NCBI GenBank assembly: GCA_051061015.1
Contig: JBPFEG010000056.1
Coordinates: forward strand, 70,335 to 102,334
Length of the DNA stretch: 32,000 nucleotides
Direction of reading: 5' to 3'
Source: Methylomicrobium sp.
GTDB lineage: Bacteria; Pseudomonadota; Gammaproteobacteria; Methylococcales; Methylomonadaceae
Position numbers and translations under genes: made by a program. How positions within the stretch are numbered: the stretch's first letter is position 1; each line of letters opens with the position of its first letter. The notes beneath the pieces are model-generated. The model saw only the letters and a list, made by a program, of their open reading frames with translations, searched no databases and was not told the DNA's origin. Below are positions 17,192-25,824 of the stretch, piece after piece.

Positions 17192-17911
17192 CTGCGTACC
17201 TCCTCATTGCACTGTCAGGTGCAAAAGAACAAACTTTGAATTTATGTAACCAATAGCATAATCGGAACATAGAATAGCCGGGAATAGCCAACTCATGGCC
17301 CGATCGCGAGGTCTGTAGTCACAGACGAGCTGGCAGCAAACGGGCTTAACCAATGACGGCTCGAGAGGGTAAGCGCTCCGGCATTCCATCTTCGGATCGG
17401 CGTTTCGCATGAACACTTTTACTGCACTTCGATGGGCAGATGTCCACAGGCGAGCATCGGAACATCCGGTATCGACTAAGGGCAAGGGTCCACGCACCGT
17501 CTGATATGTAAAGCGGAAAGTTACGAGGAACCGGTCATGGCCGGGAGTGTCAGTTCGAGTATCTCGGAAGCGGACAGTCCAAAACAGCGTTGTTCGGGAC
17601 CGCGGTCTCCGTCCGCTCAGGTCGAGAAGTGTTCAGTTTAATCGCGGCTACGCAGGCTGCAATTTTGCATTAACCAATATGCTAACTCGCAGCCATAATT
17701 TATTCGGGTAGTCCAGGTGCAATCTGCCATCGTGTCAAGCACGTCAAATACCTTTGGCAAATCTTCGATTTACGCTGCTCAGGTTTCTCAAGCAGTTTAG
17801 GTTACTCTCAGAAAACGCTATCTATCGGAGCACCATCCGTCCACCATCCTCGAAGTTAGCAGCCAAAAAGCTGGAAACAATGAACTGATTTTTTTGGCCT
17901 AGTCCAGATAT

Positions 17912-18841
17912 TTAGAGTGTATGCTCCTCTTCCAATGACTTCTTTTCACGCAACCTCTCCAACAGAGTAGGTTTGTCACATCGCTCCACTATGTATAACT
18001 GCTTTGCCTGCTCCAACAGATCACCAACCAGTGGACCGGGGGCGATATCGAAGTATTCAATAATGTCTTTACCAGTTACCGGAGGTATGCTTTTGTTTTC
18101 TGAAAGCGCAGCGTCTTCTATTAATTTCCTGGCCTCAGTTTTGAAGTCAAATTCTGCGTCATAAATTTCTAAAACCCTTGCCCAATCTGAGTAATATTTT
18201 TTGCGTAGACGTATTGCATCCATTTCGGTACGCCCTATGTCTTGAAGTACCTCAGGAATGATTTCATCAAAAAGATGAGGAGGATAATATCGTCTAATCC
18301 TTTGCGCCCATTGTCCACAAATCATATCTCTGTTTTCGTCTCCTTCGATCTTCCTTACGCAATCTGTTAACACCTCAAGAAATGCCACTGCTTCACCGAG
18401 CAAATGAATTAATAAGGGCTGCCAATGCTCTTCCTCCGAAGGAAAAGAAGTTCCACATCCCTGCCTGAACCATATTTGACACGTTTGCACGACTTGTTTA
18501 TCGTGAATGGCTTCTAAGTCGAGGTTATGTACCAGGAAGGTTCTGAGATTTCTCACAATTTTATAATGCTCGGCATGATATCCGTTACATTCTAACTGAT
18601 ACACTTCCAAATATTTTAGAAGGAAGCTAACCCCGATTTTACCTGCTTCGTAGTAAAAGCCATAAAGCCAAGAAATAGACCTAATGAAACCAAGCTCGGC
18701 CGGCGAAAATTTCGGCTGGTTTAACGTCATGCTTTCGAAGACTCTTTCAATTCCGGTGATCGGGTAAACAAGCCCGTTTAATTCATCGCGGAGTCCAAAG
18801 ATGCGATACATATAATTTTCCGGTGTCATCATTATTGGCAC
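17912..18841 (-). CDS. hypothetical protein with HEPN-like Rx4H motif and CCA-enzyme-like C-terminal helical motif; partner of the 1142-aa protein
   Basis: 309 aa, starts 6 nt after the stop of the upstream gene (GTG 18841; ATGs at 18832 and 18829). IVRNLRTFLVHNLD (R100-x4-H105, nt 18527-18553). C-terminus PVTGKDIIEYFDIAPGPLVGDLLEQAKQLY resembles the G.DL...G..PGP.iG.iL motif of nucleotidyltransferase/HD-protein C-termini. No family recognised with certainty. Confidence 0.7.
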   Translation of the reverse strand: MPIMMTPENYMYRIFGLRDELNGLVYPITGIERVFESMTLNQPKFSPAELGFIRSISWLYGFYYEAGKIGVSFLLKYLEVYQLECNGYHAEHYKIVRNLRTFLVHNLDLEAIHDKQVVQTCQIWFRQGCGTSFPSEEEHWQPLLIHLLGEAVAFLEVLTDCVRKIEGDENRDMICGQWAQRIRRYYPPHLFDEIIPEVLQDIGRTEMDAIRLRKKYYSDWARVLEIYDAEFDFKTEARKLIEDAALSENKSIPPVTGKDIIEYFDIAPGPLVGDLLEQAKQLYIVERCDKPTLLERLREKKSLEEEHTL

Positions 18842-18847
18842 TCGCCA

Positions 18848-21800
18848 CTATGATTTGCTATGGTAACTCGGGTCGGCAACCGGACCGATATAATTAAATG
18901 CGATACAGAAGTTGTTGAGCGCTTGGCCTTTCCTTAAATCCCCCAATCCAAAATCTCTAGGAAAGAAATTAATTTTTTCTCGAATGCCTTCGACAAAGAC
19001 TTGTCCTTTAGCACCATCTTCCGCTACCCAGTCAACTGTACCGCTGAATAGAGTTGCTGTTCCGTCAGGATTTGATGAGACGTAACTTTTTGCGATGCGA
19101 CGACGGCCAGTAACTGAATCGGATATTCGTTGCAAATCCTTCCAAATCTCGTTCGCGTCGTGATAATAGCCTAAACTCCATGTGCCAATTGCTCGAAGAT
19201 AACGGTTCATTGGGGTCTGGTAAATCTCATCTAACGACATGAGACGATCTAAAAGCGAAATTACATATGTCCAGTCTTTTGAGTTAAACGGTAGCAACTG
19301 ACGTTCACCTCCAAAAATCGGTTTTTGCGTCTTCATCAACCACCAATAGCGCAGCAGTAAGAACAAACAACGCCCGTCCGACTCTATGTTGGTATAGTTA
19401 TTCTGTAGGTACTCCACAGCAGCGGAAATGCATTTTAGAACCGTCGGAGTTATAAGAGCAGAACCAACTTCCTCTTTCGCGATCATTAAAGCATTGAGAT
19501 AATAACCCGCTCGAGATCCTATCGCTTCAAGCTTGTCAAGTGCGTCCTGCTTAAGAGTTTCATCTTGCAATAGGTTTCCAAATTCAGCACGTCTCCGGTT
19601 GAAAATCTCCTTATCCCGCATACTCATGGACTCTTGATCGCACGATTCAAACATACTGAGGAGATCAACAATAACATCCAGGCGACTTGCATCATCAATT
19701 CGAGCTCCGATGAGTATCTCTTTAGTACTCCAAGAAATCACATCAATCGAAAATAAATCTTCAGGCTGAAAAGTGCGCGCCTGGTAAGCGTATCGCCTAG
19801 CCTCATTGAAATTATCCATAACATCTGAGGAATCACTTCCTTCTCGCAATAACTCGCGGACCTTCGTGCCAAAGGTCGAGGCGAGTTCGACAAGCAGCAT
19901 GGACCGAAGTCTCCGTGCTCTAGAGTCAGATGGAAGTGTCGTTAATGCATTTTTTAATATATCGGTGGCGCGGTTTAGCAGACTTAGCCTTTTGTCGATA
20001 GCTGTTTCAACCACTTGAGTCGCCACAACAGCCTCGCGGAGTAAGGAGGCTTCCTGAAGCATAATCCTAGGGTTCTCCACACCGCGCTCCAGGCGCAATT
20101 TGGCGAGACAAGAAGCAATATCTTCATAGTAGGAGGAGTACAGCTTTTGCTCCGGCCCATTCGGCCCCAGATTCCGAAGCAGGTCAGTTGCAAACTGTAT
20201 CTGCGAATTTTCAATACGGTCCTCTGACTCGTCGATCTCAATCAAGAGTTTCTTCGCAAACTCGATTTCCAGCCGCGGCCCCCCTAGTCGGAGTTGGCAT
20301 ATAAGCTTTGCTTCAAGCGGATGCCTTGCGCCTATAAATATGTTACCCTGGCTATCCGCATACCAACGGAAGATATCGACACTTTCAAAAATTTTATGGA
20401 AATTCGCGATTCGCGAATGTCCAAGTGTTCTAATTACCAGTTCAATGGGCACTTTCAAACCAAAGCGTCCGGGAACCATAATGAGTCCAACCAGTTCTTC
20501 AGTTGGACTAAATATTTCACGGCCTACCTCTTTTTTACCCTCTGGAAGAACCTCGAATTTACTGAGGATCCCTGCCTTCTGAAACGCGGCTGCAAGCGTC
20601 CCTCCTACAAACTCAGGCTCTAATTGTCCAGCCTTCTGTTTTAACATCAATTCGGCTGCGCTTGTTTCGCGTTGCAAGCCGTACTTTACTTGTCCACGGG
20701 TTTCGGGCAACAATCGATACAAAGCCACGAGAAAGGTCGTATCCTTCTTCTGGAGAATCTCCTCAAACCGATCACCCAAGGACGGCTCAAACTGACTCAT
20801 AAGATCTTTGAACCGTTCTGCTTCGATATCGCTGAGATTCGAGGGGGCCAATATTAAAAATCGCTGATCCGCATCGTGCATCTCAAGCTTATAGGTACTG
20901 CCCACGACGATTACATTCCGCCCCCGTCCGAGAAGATTTTTTAGGAGAGCAGTGTATTGGTCAATATGGACCATACCGTCCCAGATTATCACAGTCGCTG
21001 CGAAACCAGTATCGTCAGCCCATTTACAAAACTGGTCGAGATCTGAAGCTATTGGCCCTTGGGGTCTCCGCTCGATAAAGAGGACTGCGTATTTTTTTTC
21101 ACTCCTGATGCGATAAGCTAGCGCACCTAAAGCGACGCTTTTCCCTGTTCCCGTCTGCCCGTGCAAAATTATCGGATCATTGCCGGCCCCCTTAGTCCTT
21201 AGTCGTGACTGAACTAGGTGAAATAGATCACTTTCATAATCTCTCTCTAATGAGAATCCCGCTGCATAAGCGCCCCAAACAGGCTTGGTGCCAGAGTCAG
21301 CTAAAAAATTACGGAAGGCGATGTAACGCCCCTCATCCGATTGAATTTTTGCACACTCTAACTTAGCGTCCTCAAGAATTATTGCAGATCGATTTGTCTG
21401 TATCCATAGCTGATTTGGCACCTCAATTTCCTTGTCACCAAGTGATAAAAAATGCCCCTCTTTTTGAAGCTCTTTTCTTACATCGAAACTCAAAACACCT
21501 GAGGAATACCCTTCGTTTAAAACAGAAGCCAAGCTTTGCGCGTGAAGAACCACTTGTCCGCTATTTACCAATCTCTTGATCAAAGGATCGCTTTGAAGCA
21601 AATCAGTTGCACTAAAGAAATGGACTTGCCCCTTCTCCAATGCTAGAAGAACGGTTGCGAGTTCTCTCGATCCTAACCAGTCGTTCTTAGGTTGATAACC
21701 TTCGAGAAATAGCATGCCGAATGGTGTTACTTGTTCACTTAGGCGAGATAGTAAAATCGTGGCATCAGACGAACGTCGGATAAGGTCGATTTCGTTTAAG

Positions 21801-22276
21801 GGGGCACGCTCGTCTTCTTCCTCACGCTCTATGCATCCAAAGAGATAAGTGATATGCAAATTAGTACGGCTTCTAGGATCTGGCGAAAAGAATTTTTTCG
21901 AGAAAATTGGCTGCACATCTCGCCAATCTGTCCGAAAAGCTCGCGTCAATTGTGTGTCAATTGCAGACGAGTAAACTCCACTCCATGGCATTTTGGAGAC
22001 GATTTCTAACCATTTGGGCTCCACTAAACGACGTGACGCTTCGCTTATCCATGCACGAGCACTATGCTCATCAGCGAATTCGGTTTGCTCTAGCAGAACC
22101 TTATACGATTCGACTGACGACTTTTCCGAACTATTTTGCGGTAAATATTTAGATGATATGCTTGTGAGTAAGGGATCAATTCCGTTGTCAAGCTTTAGGT
22201 AATCTTGCCCCAAGAAAAGAAATGACGGTCGATCTGAAGCTAGATGCGAGAATATAGGTTGTAATTCTTTGATCAC
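18848..22276 (-). CDS. large multidomain NTPase: degenerate SIR2_2-like N-terminal domain + P-loop (STAND-like) NTPase + helical repeats + C-terminal cold-shock-like domain
   Basis: 1142 aa with a GTG start (GAGAG 9 nt upstream). SIR2_2-like motif series: LFLGQDY, WSGVYSSAIDTQLTRAF, ITYLFGCI, LFLEGYQPKNDWL. Walker A ILHGQTGTGKSV (K379, nt 21140-21142), Walker B-like ATVIIWDG. Long alpha-helical C-terminal half. Tail GTVDWVAEDGAKGQVFVEG...INFFPRDFG...LRKGQALNNFCIAFNYIGPVA is CSD-like. Confidence 0.75.
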   Translation of the reverse strand: MIKELQPIFSHLASDRPSFLFLGQDYLKLDNGIDPLLTSISSKYLPQNSSEKSSVESYKVLLEQTEFADEHSARAWISEASRRLVEPKWLEIVSKMPWSGVYSSAIDTQLTRAFRTDWRDVQPIFSKKFFSPDPRSRTNLHITYLFGCIEREEEDERAPLNEIDLIRRSSDATILLSRLSEQVTPFGMLFLEGYQPKNDWLGSRELATVLLALEKGQVHFFSATDLLQSDPLIKRLVNSGQVVLHAQSLASVLNEGYSSGVLSFDVRKELQKEGHFLSLGDKEIEVPNQLWIQTNRSAIILEDAKLECAKIQSDEGRYIAFRNFLADSGTKPVWGAYAAGFSLERDYESDLFHLVQSRLRTKGAGNDPIILHGQTGTGKSVALGALAYRIRSEKKYAVLFIERRPQGPIASDLDQFCKWADDTGFAATVIIWDGMVHIDQYTALLKNLLGRGRNVIVVGSTYKLEMHDADQRFLILAPSNLSDIEAERFKDLMSQFEPSLGDRFEEILQKKDTTFLVALYRLLPETRGQVKYGLQRETSAAELMLKQKAGQLEPEFVGGTLAAAFQKAGILSKFEVLPEGKKEVGREIFSPTEELVGLIMVPGRFGLKVPIELVIRTLGHSRIANFHKIFESVDIFRWYADSQGNIFIGARHPLEAKLICQLRLGGPRLEIEFAKKLLIEIDESEDRIENSQIQFATDLLRNLGPNGPEQKLYSSYYEDIASCLAKLRLERGVENPRIMLQEASLLREAVVATQVVETAIDKRLSLLNRATDILKNALTTLPSDSRARRLRSMLLVELASTFGTKVRELLREGSDSSDVMDNFNEARRYAYQARTFQPEDLFSIDVISWSTKEILIGARIDDASRLDVIVDLLSMFESCDQESMSMRDKEIFNRRRAEFGNLLQDETLKQDALDKLEAIGSRAGYYLNALMIAKEEVGSALITPTVLKCISAAVEYLQNNYTNIESDGRCLFLLLRYWWLMKTQKPIFGGERQLLPFNSKDWTYVISLLDRLMSLDEIYQTPMNRYLRAIGTWSLGYYHDANEIWKDLQRISDSVTGRRRIAKSYVSSNPDGTATLFSGTVDWVAEDGAKGQVFVEGIREKINFFPRDFGLGDLRKGQALNNFCIAFNYIGPVADPSYHSKS

Positions 22277-22578
22277 GAAAAATCTCTCTTATATCAATTC
22301 TTGAAGGTGTGCCGTACCGGCTATTCCCTACCTTAAACTCGGTAAGTCGAAATGTATTTGGGTACAATAAAATTATTTACCCTTCGCTGCTTCCAAGGTT
22401 TGTCATAGATTTCTTAATATATCAAAATTTGGAGTAAGGAGGGCTTCCGATTTTAGCGTTTCATTTGCTCTCTGTTCACAGAAGGTAACTCGACTCAGAA
22501 AATCATAATCCAGCCTTCGATGTGGGCATTTTAATGCCTACCTCGAGAATTGCTCCAGAATTTATGTTTCAATTCGAT

Positions 22579-22893
22579 CTAACACTTCACACTCATCAAT
22601 TCTTTCCAATCGGTCGCATAACGTTTCAAAATCCGTTCTACCTTCGGCTTCTATAACTGGTCGAAAGCAGTCTCAGCAATGCATGTGCTCTTGGGAAAGC
22701 GCCGATTGATTTGGTCTAAAGCCTGCATGAGATTGTCTCGATCATCCGCATTACACGCTGCAAACTCAAAAACATCGGCTTGATCCGGCAGCTTGGCAGA
22801 CTGAATCTGGCTAAGTTGAACACCGCATTTTCGATAACGGTAACCAGGCTTGAAAAATGCCTTGAGCAAAAGGCAGAACTTCCTGGGTTTTTA
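22579..22893 (-). pseudogene. umuC: umuC (Y-family DNA polymerase V) 3'-terminal remnant with internal nonsense codon
   Basis: LLLKAFFKPGYRYRKCGVQLSQI...DVFEF...LMQALDQINRRFPK...AETAFDQL*KPKVERILKRYATDWKELMSVKC* matches the UmuC C-terminus (..G.RY.KAGV.L..., LSPRYTT.W.EL..V). TAG at 22651-22653 sits where W is expected. About 300 N-terminal codons are missing. Confidence 0.7.
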
Positions 22894-23283
22894 TTCTCTT
22901 TTTGTTTCCTTTTATTTTGTAGGCTGAGCTAGACAACCTGCAAAGAGCCTGAGGTTGAGCTTATGAGGCATCGAGACGACAACTCCCTATTGTTCATATA
23001 GCGGCAACGTTTGCGCTCATCAAATAAATTTCTTGAGCAAGGACTTAACCTTTTGGGATTATTTTTTTCGACAAAGTCAAAAATATCCAAAACCATGGGA
23101 GGTCGGCCACGATCTCGATATATTCCAGTTAAATATCTTTTAACTAAATTACCCTAAAAGGTGAATTATTGACCAACTGAAACACTAGGTTTTTAATTTC
23201 ATATTTTGACCTATGAAAAACAACCAGTTAACCTAATAACTCACCTATTACTACGGAGGTATTGCTTGAAAACTCATGGGGAA

Positions 23284-23496
23284 ATGCGGCAGATTCTGCC
23301 CGAAAAACACTATACCGAAACAGAGGCGGCCGACTGCCTGGGGCTCTCCAAAAAAACGATGCAAGCCTGGCGCATTCGGGGATGCGGCCCTCGTTTCGTC
23401 AAGATGGGGCGGGCTGTTCGCTATCCTGCTTCGGCGCTGGTCGAATATCAGGCTTCGCTGTCGGTCCAGCAGTCTACCTCGGAGACAGCGGCATGA
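23284..23496 (+). CDS. excisionase/AlpA-like helix-turn-helix DNA-binding protein
   Basis: YTETEAADCLGLSKKTMQAWRIRGCGPRFVKMGRAVRYPASALVEY is the HTH_17/excisionase pattern. First ATG is at 23284 (track start 23206 is TTG). Confidence 0.75.
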   Translation: MRQILPEKHYTETEAADCLGLSKKTMQAWRIRGCGPRFVKMGRAVRYPASALVEYQASLSVQQSTSETAA

Positions 23497-23684
23497 ACGA
23501 AAATCAAACTATGAGTTTGATGATGGAAGTTTCTTTGGTTTTATCGAGTACGATAACGATATTGCATTTGGTAAGGACGAATCTGTCCCAATTGAATAAT
23601 ACAAATGATGCTATAAAAGCGATCGGAGTAGCTGAGTCAATGCTTGATCGCATTGAGGAGGATGTTGACGAGTTTTTGGGTTAA
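23493..23684 (+). CDS. small hypothetical protein (63 aa)
   Basis: ATGA overlap with the HTH gene stop. MNENQTMSLMMEVSLVLSSTITILHLV... is in frame with track ORF 23262-23684. Hairpin follows at 23695-23727. Confidence 0.4.
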   Translation: MNENQTMSLMMEVSLVLSSTITILHLVRTNLSQLNNTNDAIKAIGVAESMLDRIEEDVDEFLG

Positions 23685-23782
23685 CTAAAGATAAAAACCC
23701 GGACCGTTTGCGGCGTGTGCCGGGTTTCCATGATTCTTTTGGGTTAAGAATATGTATTTAGCATTCATAGATTAACCCAAAA
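23674..23782. repeat. 11-mer TTTTGGGTTAA x3 (two direct, one inverted) upstream of the replication operon
   Basis: ttttgggttaa at 23674-23684 and 23737-23747. Inverted ttaacccaaaa at 23772-23782. Related ttaaccttttggg at 23045-23057. Confidence 0.45.
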
Positions 23783-23812
23783 GGTTAACTTTCACAAGAG
23801 TTATGGGGATTT

Positions 23813-24151
23813 ATGAAGATAAGAAAACCGCCCTATGCCGCTAGGCTAGGGCTTAAGGATGGCTCGTGCCTAATAATTTGCACTGGAACGGGCGCATGGG
23901 AACGTGCAAAGTCGACTACTTGGTATAAAAACTGTAAGGTCGCACTACCGTATGGCGAAGATCCTGCACTGTTTGACTGGCAGTTTGTGTGTGGCCATGA
24001 CCTAGTGGTTGGCGGCTTCGGAGTCCTGGAGCCGATTGACTCGATTGCACGGCTTGGCAGCTTCTTGCTGGCGGCAGGGGCAAAGCTGATAGTTTATGCC
24101 CCCGAGCATGGCCCGATAATTCGGATCGATGCGCACCAGGAGGCATCATGA
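23813..24151 (+). CDS. hypothetical protein preceding the helicase (replication accessory?)
   Basis: 112 aa, ATGA overlap with the helicase gene, GGGG upstream of the ATG. No family recognised. Confidence 0.6.
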   Translation: MKIRKPPYAARLGLKDGSCLIICTGTGAWERAKSTTWYKNCKVALPYGEDPALFDWQFVCGHDLVVGGFGVLEPIDSIARLGSFLLAAGAKLIVYAPEHGPIIRIDAHQEAS

Positions 24152-25824
24152 CAGAATGGATTATGACTGAACCCGGTGTCATGCTCGTCGATATTCCTGA
24201 GCTTGCCGTAAATGATCCCATCATTTCAAGCGAGAATAAAAACCTCGACATTAGCGACACTATCAGCACTGACGCTGACTCAAGCAGTTCTGACTCAGCA
24301 CAAGCAACAGCGCAAAATGATAAAAAAGCCAAAGACAACAAGCTAACCGATAGCCGGCTGGCGGAAAAAGTGGCGGATGTATTGCGGGATATCATTGCGA
24401 TAGATGAAACAACTGGCGAGTGGTTCATGTGCAAAAACGGCATTTGGCAACCTATTGGAAATGTCAGAGCCACCAAGATCATCAATAAGTCGCTTCATGC
24501 CTTTTTGCCGGAAGGCTTCAGCAAGGCAAGATTGAACGCTATTGAAGGATTTTTGAAACTTTATTTGTCTCTGGAAAAGTGGGAGTCTAAGAAAACCTTA
24601 CTACCCTTGCAAAACGGCGTTCTTGATACAGACACGATGACGCTTCTGCCCTACTCACCCGAGCATAAGTTCAACTGGCAACTGCCTTATGAGTATGATC
24701 CCCTGGCAGAAATCAAAATTATCAATCAGTGGCTCTGGGAGGTTACTAATCAGGATATCGAGATCATCAATATCGTTCGTGCCTTTTTCAAAATTACTAT
24801 GGTCGGAGGCGAGGTTCAGAAATTCCTCGAAATCATAGGGCCAGGCGGTACGGGCAAATCGACATTGATCAGACTCTTGATCATGCTGGTCGGTGAAGCC
24901 AATCATACAGCGACTGACTTGAAGAATCTCGAGCAGAATCGCTTTGAAGCCGCCACCCTGTATGGGAAACGTCTTGCGGTCATTTCTGATTCGAGCAGGT
25001 ACGGCGGAGAAGTCAGCGTGTTGAAGGCAATCACAGGCGGCGACCCCGTACGGCACGAGCGCAAGAATCAACAGCAGAACGGCGCTTTTGTTTATTGCGG
25101 CACTGTCGTTATTGCGTCGAATGAAGCGATTCAATCGACCGATTACAGCAGCGGCCTGGCTCGGCGCCGGATGCCGATAGCTTTCGTTCGAAAAGTGACC
25201 GATGAAGACAAAGCCAAATGGCGCTCATTCGGAGGCATCGAAAAAGCGATGCAGGCTGAGTTGCCAGGTTTACTGAATTGGATACTGGCAATGACCGATG
25301 CCGAAGTCAATGACTGCCTGAGCATTATCAACGGTACTTTGAACAAATCACAGCGCGAACACTTGATCGAAACCAACAAGCTTGCCGCGTGGATCGATGA
25401 CAATTTGATCGTAAAAGAAAACAATGTCCTTTATGTTGGCGCCAGCACGAGTGGGCAAAAAGATCCACGTGCAGTCGATCATGACTGCAATACCAAGCTG
25501 TATCCCAATTATTTGCGCTGGTGCGGCGAAAATGGCGTTCAGGCCATTGCGGTTCAACGCTTCTCAAACAATCTCGTTGACATTGCTGAGCATTGCAAAT
25601 TACCTGTGAAGGCAATCGGTAGGGACAGTAACGGCCGAAGAGTTGCCGGTTTCAAGATCAGAACCATCAGCGATGGTGCAACGGCAACCCCAATAACGCA
25701 AACCTTGTTGAATGCCGTGCAATGTCAAGTCCATGCCGATACCCATAGCCTTGAATCCTGCGTAAGTGCTGATAGTGCTGAAGCTGTCGCTGAAAACTCA
25801 TTGCCAGATATGGAGGTATTTTAG
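24148..25824 (+). CDS. phage/plasmid primase P4-family C-terminal region: D5_N + SF3 helicase
   Basis: 558 aa. Walker A IIGPGGTGKSTLIRL. LPLQNGVLDT...LLPYSPEHKF...YEYDP (D5_N-type). Walker B AVISDS. No obvious Toprim/AEP primase motif. Acidic low-complexity N-terminus. Confidence 0.85.
   Translation: MTEWIMTEPGVMLVDIPELAVNDPIISSENKNLDISDTISTDADSSSSDSAQATAQNDKKAKDNKLTDSRLAEKVADVLRDIIAIDETTGEWFMCKNGIWQPIGNVRATKIINKSLHAFLPEGFSKARLNAIEGFLKLYLSLEKWESKKTLLPLQNGVLDTDTMTLLPYSPEHKFNWQLPYEYDPLAEIKIINQWLWEVTNQDIEIINIVRAFFKITMVGGEVQKFLEIIGPGGTGKSTLIRLLIMLVGEANHTATDLKNLEQNRFEAATLYGKRLAVISDSSRYGGEVSVLKAITGGDPVRHERKNQQQNGAFVYCGTVVIASNEAIQSTDYSSGLARRRMPIAFVRKVTDEDKAKWRSFGGIEKAMQAELPGLLNWILAMTDAEVNDCLSIINGTLNKSQREHLIETNKLAAWIDDNLIVKENNVLYVGASTSGQKDPRAVDHDCNTKLYPNYLRWCGENGVQAIAVQRFSNNLVDIAEHCKLPVKAIGRDSNGRRVAGFKIRTISDGATATPITQTLLNAVQCQVHADTHSLESCVSADSAEAVAENSLPDMEVF

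Noticed and set aside
17204-17497. 97-aa minus-strand ORF upstream of ptuA
   Set aside because: It is Cys/Arg-rich with no RBS or family resemblance, and it lies in a region better treated as non-coding (see the finding on 17192-17911).
23916-24485. 189-aa minus-strand ORF
   Set aside because: It lies antisense to ORF 23813-24151 and to the helicase N-terminus. It is Ser/Leu-rich and low-complexity.
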